DNA of 64,000 nt from Octopus vulgaris (GCA_951406725.2 OX597825.1:73532001-73596000); one strand, 5' to 3'. Positions 40,886 to 54,474 are shown, counted from the first letter of the stretch. The notes: a model not told the origin generated them from the letters alone. A program made the numbers and translations.

Positions 40886-41105
40886 TCTGTGTGTGTGTGT
40901 GTATATCTATATCAATATATATGTCTATATCTATCTATATATATCTGTGTGTGTCTATATCTATATCAATATATATATCTATATCTATCTATATATGTGT
41001 GTGTGTGTGTCTATATCTATATCAATATATATATCTATATCTATCTATATATATATATGTGTGTGTGTGTGTGTCTATATCTATATCAATATATATATCT
41101 ATATC

Positions 41106-41141
<36 letters not shown>
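40886..41141. repeat. Four to five tandem copies of a (TG)n-CTATATCTATATCAATATATATATCTATATCTATC compound unit
   Basis: Directly visible ~55-65-bp periodicity. Confidence 0.8.
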
Positions 41142-41620
41142 CCTAAATCTAATAATTGGGACTTTGTATGTAATAGTGAATAGAAACATTGATTACAAAT
41201 CTATGAAAGTGTATAATCAAAAATATATTGCCACACATAAGCAAAAGATACGCATACATTAGACATATACACACACTCTCGCACACATATATTTATATAT
41301 GTATACAGAATGAGTGGACGAATCAGGAAAAGTGGTTCTCAGCACATTTGATTGGAGACACATATATTGTTTAGTTAACGGTTTCATTCAGATGTATGCA
41401 GCTCTAAGTTATGCCGGTTCATCAAATGATTCAGTCTCACATGCCTGAGGAGGTAGGTTCGTTTGATGAGACCGCAAAACTTAAAGCTGCATAGAGCTGA
41501 ATCAAACAATTAAAGAAAATACACACGTGCGCACACATACGTACATTATATATATATATATATGCATATACCTACATACGTACGTACATACATACATACA
41601 TACATACACACACACACATA

Positions 41621-41820
41621 TATGTGACCGCGTTTGTATCGTTGACGATTTTCTTTCTCCGTCTTCCCTTCCTTGGACCTTTCCTTTTTCTATGTTTCTA
41701 ACGAAGAGTTCCGCTCGAAACGTTAAATCCTCCATCTTTCCTTCCTTTCATGAGCGGCCAATAACACTATACTTGTTCCACGTCCTCACATTGTGTTTTC
41801 TCTTTGTTCATGTTTGGATC

Positions 41821-41824
<4 letters not shown>
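41621..41824 (+). mobile_element. Repeat family A with minimal hammerhead-like motif
   Basis: GTTT-CTAACGA-A-GAGT-TCC-GCTC-GAAA-CGT-T-AAAT at ~41694-41728; partial reverse copy at ~42983-43025. Confidence 0.72.
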
Positions 41825-41880
<56 letters not shown>

Positions 41881-41931
41881 CAATATATATATATGTATAT
41901 ATATATATACATATATATATTTATATATACA

Positions 41932-42279
41932 TACCTTTTCAAACAAGGACAGAGGTTCACAATTAAAACTAGTTTCACTTGTGCCTCTGAGAACATGATT
42001 TATATAATAACCTGCTCGGGTTGCGGACACAACTATATTGGACAAATGAGTATGACCTTGAGAAAGTGAACCACTCTACATAAAGAGCAAATCCGTTTCA
42101 CGCAATACAGGCAAATTTCTCTCAGTGAACATTTAGAAAAATGTGCAGATAACATCAAACCAAATTTCACAGTCTTCCCCCTCTACCAGTGCAAAGACAC
42201 AATCTCTCCTCTAGAACGTTTAAATAAAGAAACTTTTTTCAGTGAAAAACACAGAACACGTCTTAATATGCACGCATAA
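41932..42279 (+). pseudogene. GIY-YIG endonuclease C-terminus of a Penelope-like element (not in the ORF track)
   Basis: Hand translation: [54 protein letters not shown]...SEHLEKC...ERLNKETFFSEKHRTRLNMHA*. It shows IY-CxxC-YIG; the conserved Arg codon has become TGA. Confidence 0.88.
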
Positions 42280-42571
42280 GCAACTTTTATCTTTTTACAT
42301 ATTTCAATTCACGATTACATCACTGTACATAAATCTCCTCACTAAACAAGGTTTTCGAAACTTGTCTTTTGTCTGTACACATATATGTTCCTCTCCCATT
42401 ACCGAAAGCTGAACAGTTATCTCCCTTAGACACAACAATAACAATAAAAGCGATAACCAATTACCTCCCTTTATTTATCTACGTGTGAAGTCATTCAGTC
42501 GTGAATTTCATTACACACAGCATGGACAAAATTTCTTCTTAAGAAAAAATACATATTCAAATAAGTAAAAC

Positions 42572-42606
42572 ATATCATGAGTAGCGATAGCGAAACCGGT
42601 CGATAT
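42572..42606 (+). ncRNA. Minimal hammerhead-like motif in the Penelope 3' pLTR, A3-U8 core variant
   Basis: ATATC-ATGAGTA-GC-GATA-GC-GAAA-CCGG-TC-GATAT: 5-bp stem I, palindromic stem III ACCGGT, GTC triplet. Confidence 0.65.
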
Positions 42607-42660
42607 ATTAAAAGTTAAATTAAAACTATGTAAGTGTGCGTATTTTCCTCTTTTAATTTC

Positions 42661-42714
<54 letters not shown>

Positions 42715-42915
42715 AATAACTAATGTAGGATAAAATTTTTTTCCGGGAAAAAAATTTCATCAATGGCCAGCATATCAAAAAATACCTTTAAAGGTTAAAT
42801 TTAGAAATAATTTACAATATAAGGGCAAAAGAAAAATTCTAAATGGTTAATTGACAATTTTTGTCTTTTTTTTCGGCATATTTGGCTTTAGAATTTTTTT
42901 TTGCCCTTATATTGT

Positions 42916-42984
<69 letters not shown>

Positions 42985-43780
42985 AGTTAATCCAAAAATG
43001 AACAAAGAGAAAACACAACAACGCGGTATGTGTGTCTGTGTGTACGTGTGGTTGTGTGGTATAGATATCTGTGCATTCCTGTGCGTGTGTATGTGTGTGT
43101 GTACGCGTGAGTGTATGTGGGTGGGTGTGTATGCGTATGTGTGTATATGTGCATGTATGTATGTTGTATGTGTGTGGTGTATGGGAGGTGTATGTGCGTT
43201 CGTGGATACGTAAGTATGTGTGTATATAGAAATAAAAACTATAATTTATAGAAACAATAAATTATAACCAATAAAAAAACAAAAATTATAAAAAACAATA
43301 AAATATAAAAAAAGGTTGAAAGGAGATTAAGAAGTTGATGCAATATAAAAGTCGCAATGAAATGAAAAATGAGAAAAGAAATTAAGTTACTTGTTGCGGG
43401 AGGTTTAGAGGCAGTCACTAGGAGGAGGGGGTTGTGTATATATATATACATACATATATATATATATATATAAATTTGAACTCAGAACGTAACGGCAGAC
43501 GAAATACCGCTAGGCATTTAGCTTATCGTTCTAACGTTTCTGCCAGCTTGTTGCCTAATGGTCAAGTTATTTCTTGAAAACATCTACCCCCCCACTCCAT
43601 GAATATCTTTCAGATGTTTTGACCAGGTGTTAAATAGCTGTGGGCCACTGAATCTCAAGCTATTGCAGTACATGATCTTCACTCTAAATAGGCTAGCTGG
43701 GACCTTTGGAACAGTGCAGTGACGTTCAGTTCAGTGTCTGGTATACTCCTTGATACCGAGGTTTCGTGCCGGCCCCTCCA

Positions 43781-44351
<571 letters not shown>

Positions 44352-44399
44352 ATATAAATACACACACACAAACACACAAGTATATATATATGTATGTAT

Positions 44400-45212
44400 A
44401 TAAGTGGTCTGATCAATAAGTATTTGGACTGTTGCCATAGTAGCGAAGCTAAAGCAGTGAGAGTAAAGCCGCTTAGCACAGATTGACCTTGAACACTGCT
44501 GTACATGTGCACAAAGTTGTAACATTCCAGCTCACTTTCGCTGTTTACAGTAGTGCTTGGAAGGAAGGTGTGTAGTGTGTGATCATCGTACTGACTATGA
44601 CAGAGAAATTGTCATAATGACACCTGTTCAGAGGCCTATGTGAAGTTGCAGAAAGTGTATGGAGAGGAGTGTATGAGCCGCACACAAGTGTTTGAGTGGT
44701 TCAGACGTTTCCAAGATGGCTAAAGAAATGTTGATATTGACGAACGTAGTGGGAGACCTGCAACCAGCAGAATCGAGAAAACTTCACAGATGTGTGTGCA
44801 GCTGTAAGGGGAAACTGTTGAATTACCATCTGTGAGTTTTCAGATGATTGACAGATTAGTTATAGTTCAGTGCATTATCACTCAAGATTTGGGTATGAGA
44901 TGCGTGTTTGCCAAGTTTGCACAAAATCTCCTTCATAGTGTTAAGAACGATGAAAATTTTTGAAAACTTCGTATGGGCCTCTCAGCAAGTATCGCGAAGG
45001 TTTTGGCAAAATTTGATGCAGATTCTCTGCTCAACTTTCTCTGTCATGGTTAATGCGATGATCACACACTACACATGTTCCTTCCAAGTACTGCTGTAAA
45101 CAGCAGAACGTTAAGACTTAGAGCACATGCACAGAAGAGTTCAAGGTTTCTTTTCAAATTTAAACTTCATTACTATAGCAACAGACTGGATGCTTATTGG
45201 TCAGACCACGTA
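44400..45212 (+). mobile_element. mariner-derived element with long (~200 bp) imperfect inverted ends and a transposase N-terminal remnant
   Basis: GTGGTCTGATCAATAAGTA...GTTGCCATAGTA pairs with TACTATAGCAAC...TGCTTATTGGTCAGACCAC. Internal KLQKVYGEECMSRTQVFEWFRRFQDG*RNVDIDERSGRP; TA flanks. Confidence 0.85.
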
Positions 45213-45708
45213 TATATATATATAATATAAATTAGAGATAGAACCATTATTATTCAACTCAAACAGTGATAAACATAAACCAAAACATAAATAACATATA
45301 AAATATATTTTTATAAAACATATAACTAGATCTCAAAAAGTATAAAAATGAATATTCAATATATAAGTAAAGAAATACGTACGGTACAAGGCTACAATTA
45401 AATTAGAATTACAATTAAATTAGAATTACAATTAAATTTTAATTTAATTTAAATAAATTCAATTTAAAATTATAGTCAATCTTCAGGTTAACATTAATAG
45501 TTATATAAATAAGCAAATAGTGTTAAACAATATTTATTTAAAAAATATATAAAATAATAATTTTTGTTATAGAAATATCTCCATAAACTAAATTTGAAAC
45601 TTAAAACATTAGGATTATTTCCTACAACACATTTATTATGTTAAATATTTGATATTTAAGGTAAATAAAAGAGTAAATACGTAGAAATATGTATTTATAT
45701 ATATATAT

Positions 45709-46245
<537 letters not shown>

Positions 46246-46330
46246 TATATATATATATATATGATTTTGATTTTGATTTTTGATTTTTCCAGTTTCAGCT
46301 TATGAGCTGTGGCCATGCTGGGACACCGCC

Positions 46331-46383
<53 letters not shown>

Positions 46384-46948
46384 CTTCCCAGTGAGACTGA
46401 ACCCAGACCATGTAGTTAGGAAGCAAGCTTCCTACCACACAGCCACACCAATGTCTATATGTGTTTATGAACACATATGATATATTCAGTCTCAATAAGG
46501 ATCACGACCATATTACAATGCATTGGTACATTGCATAAGTGTTATCCTTTTAGTATTTTTAAATGGCATAATGTAGCTTATGGGAGATTTGGCTGCTATT
46601 TATTGCAGGTTGAGACACCACAGAAAGGTTTAGCCTTCATGGTGTAGGCTCATCTCTATGACAACATCAGCAATGCGGATTTTCGACTGGCTAAAGATAT
46701 AAAACTTTGAATGCTTGTAACTTTTTTTTTTTTTTATCAATTTCTAGTAAAAATGAATGTGATTTTCATCAGTAGCTTGCAAAAAAACTACATTTTTTTT
46801 GAAAAATATCTGGAGAAAATTTGTAATATTTCAAGTGGTTGGGAGTAATTTTACAATGATCCATGTAATACACACACTCACATGTGTTTAATATGCATAT
46901 ATACAAAACATATGTACACATATTTATCTATCTATCTGTTTATGTATC

Positions 46949-47046
<98 letters not shown>

Positions 47047-47053
47047 TATATAT

Positions 47054-47106
<53 letters not shown>

Positions 47107-47290
47107 CATATATATATCTATATATATACATATATATGTACATATATATATATATATATACATTCACACACATATATATATACATATATATACACACATA
47201 TATATATATATATACATGCATACATACATATATATATGTATGTATGTATGTGTAGAGAATAACAACTTGTTTTCAATCTCTCAGTGAGAA

Positions 47291-47323
<33 letters not shown>

Positions 47324-47896
47324 GCATATACATATGTCTATATCTATATCTATATATGTGTGTGTGTGTGTTAGGTTTATAAATATATCATAAGGAAAAG
47401 AAATAAATGGAACCAAACAATTTTTCAAATATATATACAATATAAACAAAACTAAAAATATTTCTAAAATAGTTACAAAAGAAAGAAACATTGGAAGAGG
47501 ATGATATCAAGGGGAATGAATTATCTCCTGTACTAAGCCACCACTCACTCAATCGTAGGAAAATAGAACATGGAGTACATTCCACAGTTTGTTTCATTTC
47601 AGTATGTAAAATAAGTTCCACAAGGCATTTTCCTTTAGCATTTCTCTGGTTTTCTGATTCGGTTGCAATTTTTATTCCTCCTGAGAGGTATAGCATTTAA
47701 CATAATTAAATTGTGGAACACATACGAAAATAGAAAGAAAGGAAAAAGGAAAATCGAAGATCAGGATATCCTGGAACCTGTAGGGAGTGTTATATTATTT
47801 TGCAAGGGACTACTTGATCAAAGATAATGTGTTGAAACAGAAACAGTTTCATGGTGAAATTCTATTAGGACAAATTGTAAAAACAACACACACATC

Positions 47897-47980
<84 letters not shown>

Positions 47981-47981
47981 A

Positions 47982-48046
<65 letters not shown>

Positions 48047-48072
48047 CTTTCCTACCTACCTGTCTGTTTATT

Positions 48073-48136
<64 letters not shown>

Positions 48137-48685
48137 GATAGATAGATAGATAGATAGGTAGGTAGTTAAATAGATAGATAGATAGATGGATAGATAGATA
48201 GATATACAGACAGATACGTATCAAAATGGCTGTTTCAATCTCATGGTTTTCATTTCATTACCGTTTTGCAGGGGATTACTTCAAATTCTTTCATATTTTG
48301 TAACTTCTATTTTTACTTCATTTGCAATTTAAACCTGTGTATGTATGGAGGGGTTACTCTGAAACTATCCTCTTATGAAATTCCCTTGTTTGGATCTTTC
48401 AGAAAAAAACAAAACAAAAAGAAAACAACTCTTTTTTCTGAACCAGGTTGAAAATCAAGGAGCCTGCTACATTTACAAAGGGTATTCATCCCCATGCATA
48501 CAAGATGCTATTAGTTCTGTTCTTTTATTTAAAGCATTGCACCTTTTGAACAAAATACTTAATTTTCAATTCTGCATCTTTGATTTGAAGTTGACATTGT
48601 TGTACAATGTATGTATGTATAAATATACATATATATACATATGTGTTACATATATATATATATATATATATATCTATACAGAGAG

Positions 48686-48753
<68 letters not shown>

Positions 48754-48938
48754 ATAGTAGTAGGGAATATAATTCCAAAACTGACAGGGAAAAATTCAAT
48801 TTAACAGTTTTAAATCAAATTTCACAACATATGATATATGCATATAATTAAGAGAAAAACCTCTATGAAACAATTCAATAAAGTACAATAAATAGTAAAT
48901 AGTAGCAGTACATATGGAGATATATGTGTATGTATGCA

Positions 48939-48978
<40 letters not shown>

Positions 48979-49160
48979 AACATATATGCATGTAAATATA
49001 TATGTATATATATATATATATACATAAACATATATGCATGTAAATACATATATATATATATATATATACATAAACATATATGCATGTAAATGTATATATA
49101 TATATATATATATACACATATGTTGTATATATGGACCAAAGAAATTTCAATGGTACTCAC

Positions 49161-49573
49161 CTTTCACAGGCACGTAACGTCCAACTAGCTATTATCCATA
49201 ACGATAACATGAAGACTAGTAGAACAGTTCCAGGACAGATTGTCATAAGTGTCTTCAGCACAAAGCGTGTGTCAAAGTTGATTCTGTTAAGCGCGCCAAT
49301 ACTCCGAGAGGACGCATCAGTGAACAGTCTACTGTGCAACAGCATAACACGACAAATGAGATATAGCCTAAAAAACATGGGAAGGGACAGGATAATATCC
49401 ACAGGAACTTGTACTGATTGGACTGTTTGTTTTAAGGATGTAGGCCACATAAAGTAAAAATCTCCAGGAATCGGATGTATGGCACAGACAATGATCTCCA
49501 GTAGTAACTGCATTCCTCGACGCCATGATATTGCTATGCGCCAGTCTTCTACGCAATTGTCCACCGCGAAAAG
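49161..49573 (-). CDS. KCNN: Internal exon of small-conductance calcium-activated potassium channel (SK/KCNN family), S2-S3 linker through S5
   Basis: Translation [14 protein letters not shown]...[12 protein letters not shown]...[80 protein letters not shown] carries SK hallmark motifs. Acceptor is a pyrimidine tract plus TTTCTAG| ending at 49574; donor is AG|GTGAGT at 49160. Length 413 nt, phase 0 to phase 2. Confidence 0.96.
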
Positions 49574-49684
49574 CTAGAAAGGAAAAAAAAAGGGAGAGAT
49601 AAATCATAAGTTAATTATTAAAATTAAAAGATTATCATTACTTCGAATAAGAGACATATATACATACATAAACACGCACACACA

Positions 49685-49731
<47 letters not shown>

Positions 49732-49735
<4 letters not shown>

Positions 49736-50058
49736 GAAATGAAGAAAATGGTGACAAAATAATTTAAGTAAGGGAGAGTGTATTTAATTAGGTGAAAGTT
49801 CTTTTTACCGGTTGAGCATTTGTTATGCTTATCAAAAGATATTTTTTTAAGAGAGATAGAGTTCCTTTCTGATAGATTTTTTTCTCTTATCTCTTATCCA
49901 GATAAGAGAAAAAAATCTATCAGAAAGGAACTCTATCTCTTAAAAAAATATCTTTTGATAAGCATAACAAATGCGCAACCGGTAAAAAGAACTTTCACCT
50001 AATTAAATACACTCTCCCTTACTTAAATTATTTTGTCAGCATTTTCTTCATTTCCTTT
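49732..50058. repeat. Near-perfect palindrome with ~160-bp arms and 9-nt spacer; solo arm copy at 52862-53020
   Basis: 49732-49891 is the reverse complement of 49901-50058 with only a few differences. Confidence 0.92.
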
Positions 50059-50096
50059 TTTTATATATCACAACTCGTGATCCACATCTCCTTTTT

Positions 50097-50137
<41 letters not shown>

Positions 50138-50139
<2 letters not shown>

Positions 50140-50614
50140 GGCTGATGAGTACTCAGCATTTTAAAACTGTTGTAATCTCTTTCTCTTTTACTTGTTTCGG
50201 TCATTTGACTGCGGCCATGCTGGAGCACCGCCTTTTTTTATAATCGAGCAACTTGACCCCGGGACTTATTCTTTTGTAAGCCCAGTACTTATTCTATCAG
50301 TCTCATTTGCCGAACCGCTAAGTAACGGGGACATAAACACACCAGCATCTGTTTTCAAGCAATGCTAGGGGGACAAACACAGACATACAAACACACACAC
50401 ACACATAAATATATATACATATATATGATGGGCTTCTTTCAGTTTCCGTATACCAAATCCACTCACAAGGCTTTGGTCAGCCCGAGGCTATAGTAGAAGA
50501 CACTTGCCCAAGGTGAACCTGGAACCATGTGGTTGGTAAACAAGCTATTTACCACACAGCCACTCCTACTTACAACATTTAATAAAATGATGTAGTATGA
50601 AACGATCGTACCAA
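50138..50614 (+). ncRNA. Hammerhead motif with long stem II, interrupted by a family 1 SINE (50176-50568, -)
   Basis: TTGG-CTGATGA-GTACT-CAGCATTTT...TGTTGTAA [SINE] TTACAACA...AAAATGATG-T-AGTAT-GAAA-CGATCG-TA-CCAA. Confidence 0.72.
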
Positions 50615-50648
50615 ATTACCGGAGTCATTCTTGTTGCTTATTTTGAGT

Positions 50649-50714
<66 letters not shown>

Positions 50715-50840
50715 TATAAATACATACGCACACATACACAAACATATATAGTAATAAAGTACAATCCAGTGATATAAGTGTAGGAAGATAGTCAGCTTTA
50801 AGCATGCATACAGCTAGGATAGATGACAATAAGTGGACAA

Positions 50841-51068
50841 TCTCTATATCCATAAGCGACAAAATGTCTGTGTATCTGTGTGTCTGTGTGTCCTTTATAC
50901 AAATCCACAGTTTTTCACGTAAAAGGCTTGCATTTTCTATGGGCTTTCAAAACTGTCTGAAAGTGGTCGTAAAGATCTTTTCATTTCCCCAGTCACCCCA
51001 GAAAGCTATTAAAAAAATCGATAAACTGACTAGCACTATGACCCAGTGTTTCTGGGTCATAGTGCTGG
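50841..51068 (+). mobile_element. Short Helitron/Helentron-like element with terminal hairpin
   Basis: 5' A|TCTCTATATC...ATGTCTGTGT; 3' ACTAGCACTATGACCCAG-TGTTT-CTGGGTCATAGTGCTGG|T. Confidence 0.6.
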
Positions 51069-51182
51069 TATGCGATAAAATGTATTTATTAACATCATGA
51101 GTTACGAATTTCAAATCATACAGCAAATATTGTCTTAGCTATGAAACAATTGTAGTCCATGTTTTTCCTGCTTCATTCTTTA

Positions 51183-51218
<36 letters not shown>

Positions 51219-51723
51219 CATGCATGTATATATGTATGTATGTATGTTTATATATATATATTTATACATATATATATATATATGAATATAGGTGTGATTG
51301 TGTGGTAAGAAGCTTGATTCCCAATCACATGGTTCAAGGTTCAGTCTCACTGCATGGTACCTTGAGTAAGTGTCTTCTACTATGGCCTCAGGCCAACCAA
51401 AGACTTGTGAATAGATTTGGTAGACAGAAACAAAAAGAAACTGGTTGTATATATGTGTGTGTGTGTGTGTGTGTGTTTGTGTCTGTGTTTGAACCTTCAT
51501 CACCTGTTGATAACCGATGTTGGTGTGTTTACATCCATATAACTTAGTGGCTCAACAAAAGATATCGATAGAATAAGTGCTTGGATTTAAAAGAGTAAGT
51601 CTTGGGATCAATTTGTTCGACTAAAACTCTTCATGCTGGTGCTCCAGTATGGCCACAGTCAAATGGCTGAAACAAATAAAAGAATAAAAGAATATATATG
51701 TATGTGTGTGTAGTACATATATT

Positions 51724-51769
<46 letters not shown>

Positions 51770-52182
51770 CATCCATCATCTCTCTATCATCTATCTATCT
51801 ATCTATCTATCTATATTTTACATAATCTAAGGCAGCAAGCTGGCAGAAACATTAGCATGCCAGGCAAAATGCTAAGCAGTATCTCGTCTGATTTTATGTT
51901 GTGAGTTCAAATTCTGCTGAGGTCGACTTTGCCTTTCATCCTTTTGAGGTTGATAAATTTAGTACCAGTTGTATACTGGTGTCGATCTAATTGACTGGCC
52001 CCCTCCGCCAAAATTTCGGACCTTGTGCCTGGAGTAAAAAAGTATATTTTACATAATCTTAACAGTCTATTATGATTTAAAAAGAATGTTCGGCCAAGCA
52101 TGGTTACTGGATGCCTGCATGAACTTCGCTTGGCTGAACATGGTTCTTTCTTTAGACACACACACACATGCACATACACGTG

Positions 52183-52219
<37 letters not shown>

Positions 52220-52797
52220 ATCAATAAAGGTCGATGTGATGAATGCTATATATGATAAATTTTTAATTTATTGTGATTTCCATCAGAGTTGACAATAGAA
52301 AGCGTAAATTTACCGACCATAAATTAATAATTTCTTACATGTGGCATTTAGTGCATCCCTTTTTTAGTAAATTATCCAGGTCCATGTCATTGGCTCTCTT
52401 TGAGTTAATTCCCTTAGCTTCTTTTATTAATTATGTAAATTATTAATGGCCAAAAGATATGTGTAACCTCTTTTTAAAAGTCATAAAAATCTAGTTACTG
52501 ATTTGCAAGCTTGATGAAGTTGTACTGCAATGATGAGGTAAAGCAGACCAAAACACAATGTCCATAGTGTATTTTTCTTGCCCACAAGCAAAGGTCAGAC
52601 AGTCCTTCTTTAAGCATGTAAATTAACATGAGAAATTTACTCTAAATTATTTGCAATTATCTCCCCAGGCATGTGTGTATAGTTAAGTAACTTGCCTTGA
52701 AACTATGCTCTTGCAGGCTCAGTGGAACGTCCAATTCCTTGTGGGTGAATTTGCTTCACAAAAACTGTATGGAAGTCCATCATACATAATACATGTT

Positions 52798-52866
<69 letters not shown>

Positions 52867-53015
52867 AGGAAAAAAATCTATCAGAAAGTAACTCTATCTC
52901 TCTTAAAAAAACATCTTTTGATAAGCATAACAAATGCGCAACCGGTAAAAAGAACTTCCACCTAATTAAATTACTTAAATTACTTAAATTATTTTGTCAG
53001 CATTTTCTTCATTTC

Positions 53016-53055
<40 letters not shown>

Positions 53056-53287
53056 TATACACACACACTCGCACACACATATACATAAATAGAGTTTTAA
53101 ATAATTTGAGTATACACCTTGTAGTATGCTACTTCAAGCCTGTTCACCTTATTTGGCTACCTGAACTATTTGTACAGCATCTCACTTTCGAGGGACTGAC
53201 GCATGAGGGATTGAAACGATCATAGTGGTTAATAAAGAATCTTGCTAATTCCATTTCGCTCCTCTTTCTCTGTTGTATACATGTATG

Positions 53288-53338
<51 letters not shown>

Positions 53339-53884
53339 GGGGAGAGATAGAAAGAGAGAGAGAAGTGCTGATCTTTAAATGTGGAAGGTATGTAACGGTG
53401 GCATGTAAAAGCACCCACTACACTCTTGGAGTGGTTGGCGTTAGAAAAGAAATCTAGCTGCAGAAACTCTGCCAGACCAGATGGGAGCCTGGTGCAGCCA
53501 CCTGATTTGCCAGTCCTCAGTCAAATCATCCAACCCATGCCAGCATGGAAAGCGGACATTAAACGATGACGATGATGATGATATATATATATATATAGAT
53601 ATATATGTATGTGTCTATATGATCAAACAGACTCCAGAGAGTGGATGTAGATGAATAGATTGTAAAATGAATATCACAGTTCCATATTATGGTAAACCTT
53701 AGGCTTATTGCATTGATTTTGTAAAGACACGAGTTAGAAATCACTGTTTCATGTCTGGCACAAAGGAAGTAATGAACATATTGTTTTTTTTATCATTGGG
53801 TGCGAGAGTAAATTAGAGGAGAGGCACCTGAAATCACCTGTAAGTATATTAATTAGGATGCACATTTACATATACCTATATATA

Positions 53885-53972
<88 letters not shown>

Positions 53973-54038
53973 TACACACACATATACATATGTAAACACA
54001 CATACATTAACAGACACACACACACATATATATATAAG

Positions 54039-54070
<32 letters not shown>

Positions 54071-54098
54071 CATGTATATATATATACATATATATATA

Positions 54099-54150
<52 letters not shown>

Positions 54151-54290
54151 TATATATATATATACATATACATATATATATATTCACATATACATATACA
54201 TATATATATATATATATATATGTAGGTCCCGGGTTGATTCGGGGTTAACCACAGTAAATAAGGTACTCAATACATAGCAGAGTAAAATTA

Positions 54291-54415
54291 ATTTATTATA
54301 TAGAAGGAGCTTCTACAGGACTAGAACTGTTTCATTCAAGAGAAATCTTCAGGAGCTTCCTGAAGATTTCTCTTGAATGAAACAGTTCTAGTCCTGTAGA
54401 AGCTCCTTCTATATA

Positions 54416-54421
<6 letters not shown>
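54291..54421. ncRNA. ~130-bp palindrome encoding a type I hammerhead on each strand
   Basis: + strand 54354-54404 reads AGCTTC-CTGAAGA-TTTC-TCTT-GAAT-GAAA-CAG-TTCTAGTC-CTG-TA-GAAGCT. The left arm is its reverse complement, one T shorter in stem I. Confidence 0.8.

Positions 54422-54474
<53 letters not shown>

Noticed and set aside
49574-49607. Alternative-frame ORFs 49368-49607(-) and 49080-49457(+) overlapping the SK exon
   Set aside because: They are shadow frames of the real exon; splice signals and SK homology fix the frame and boundaries.
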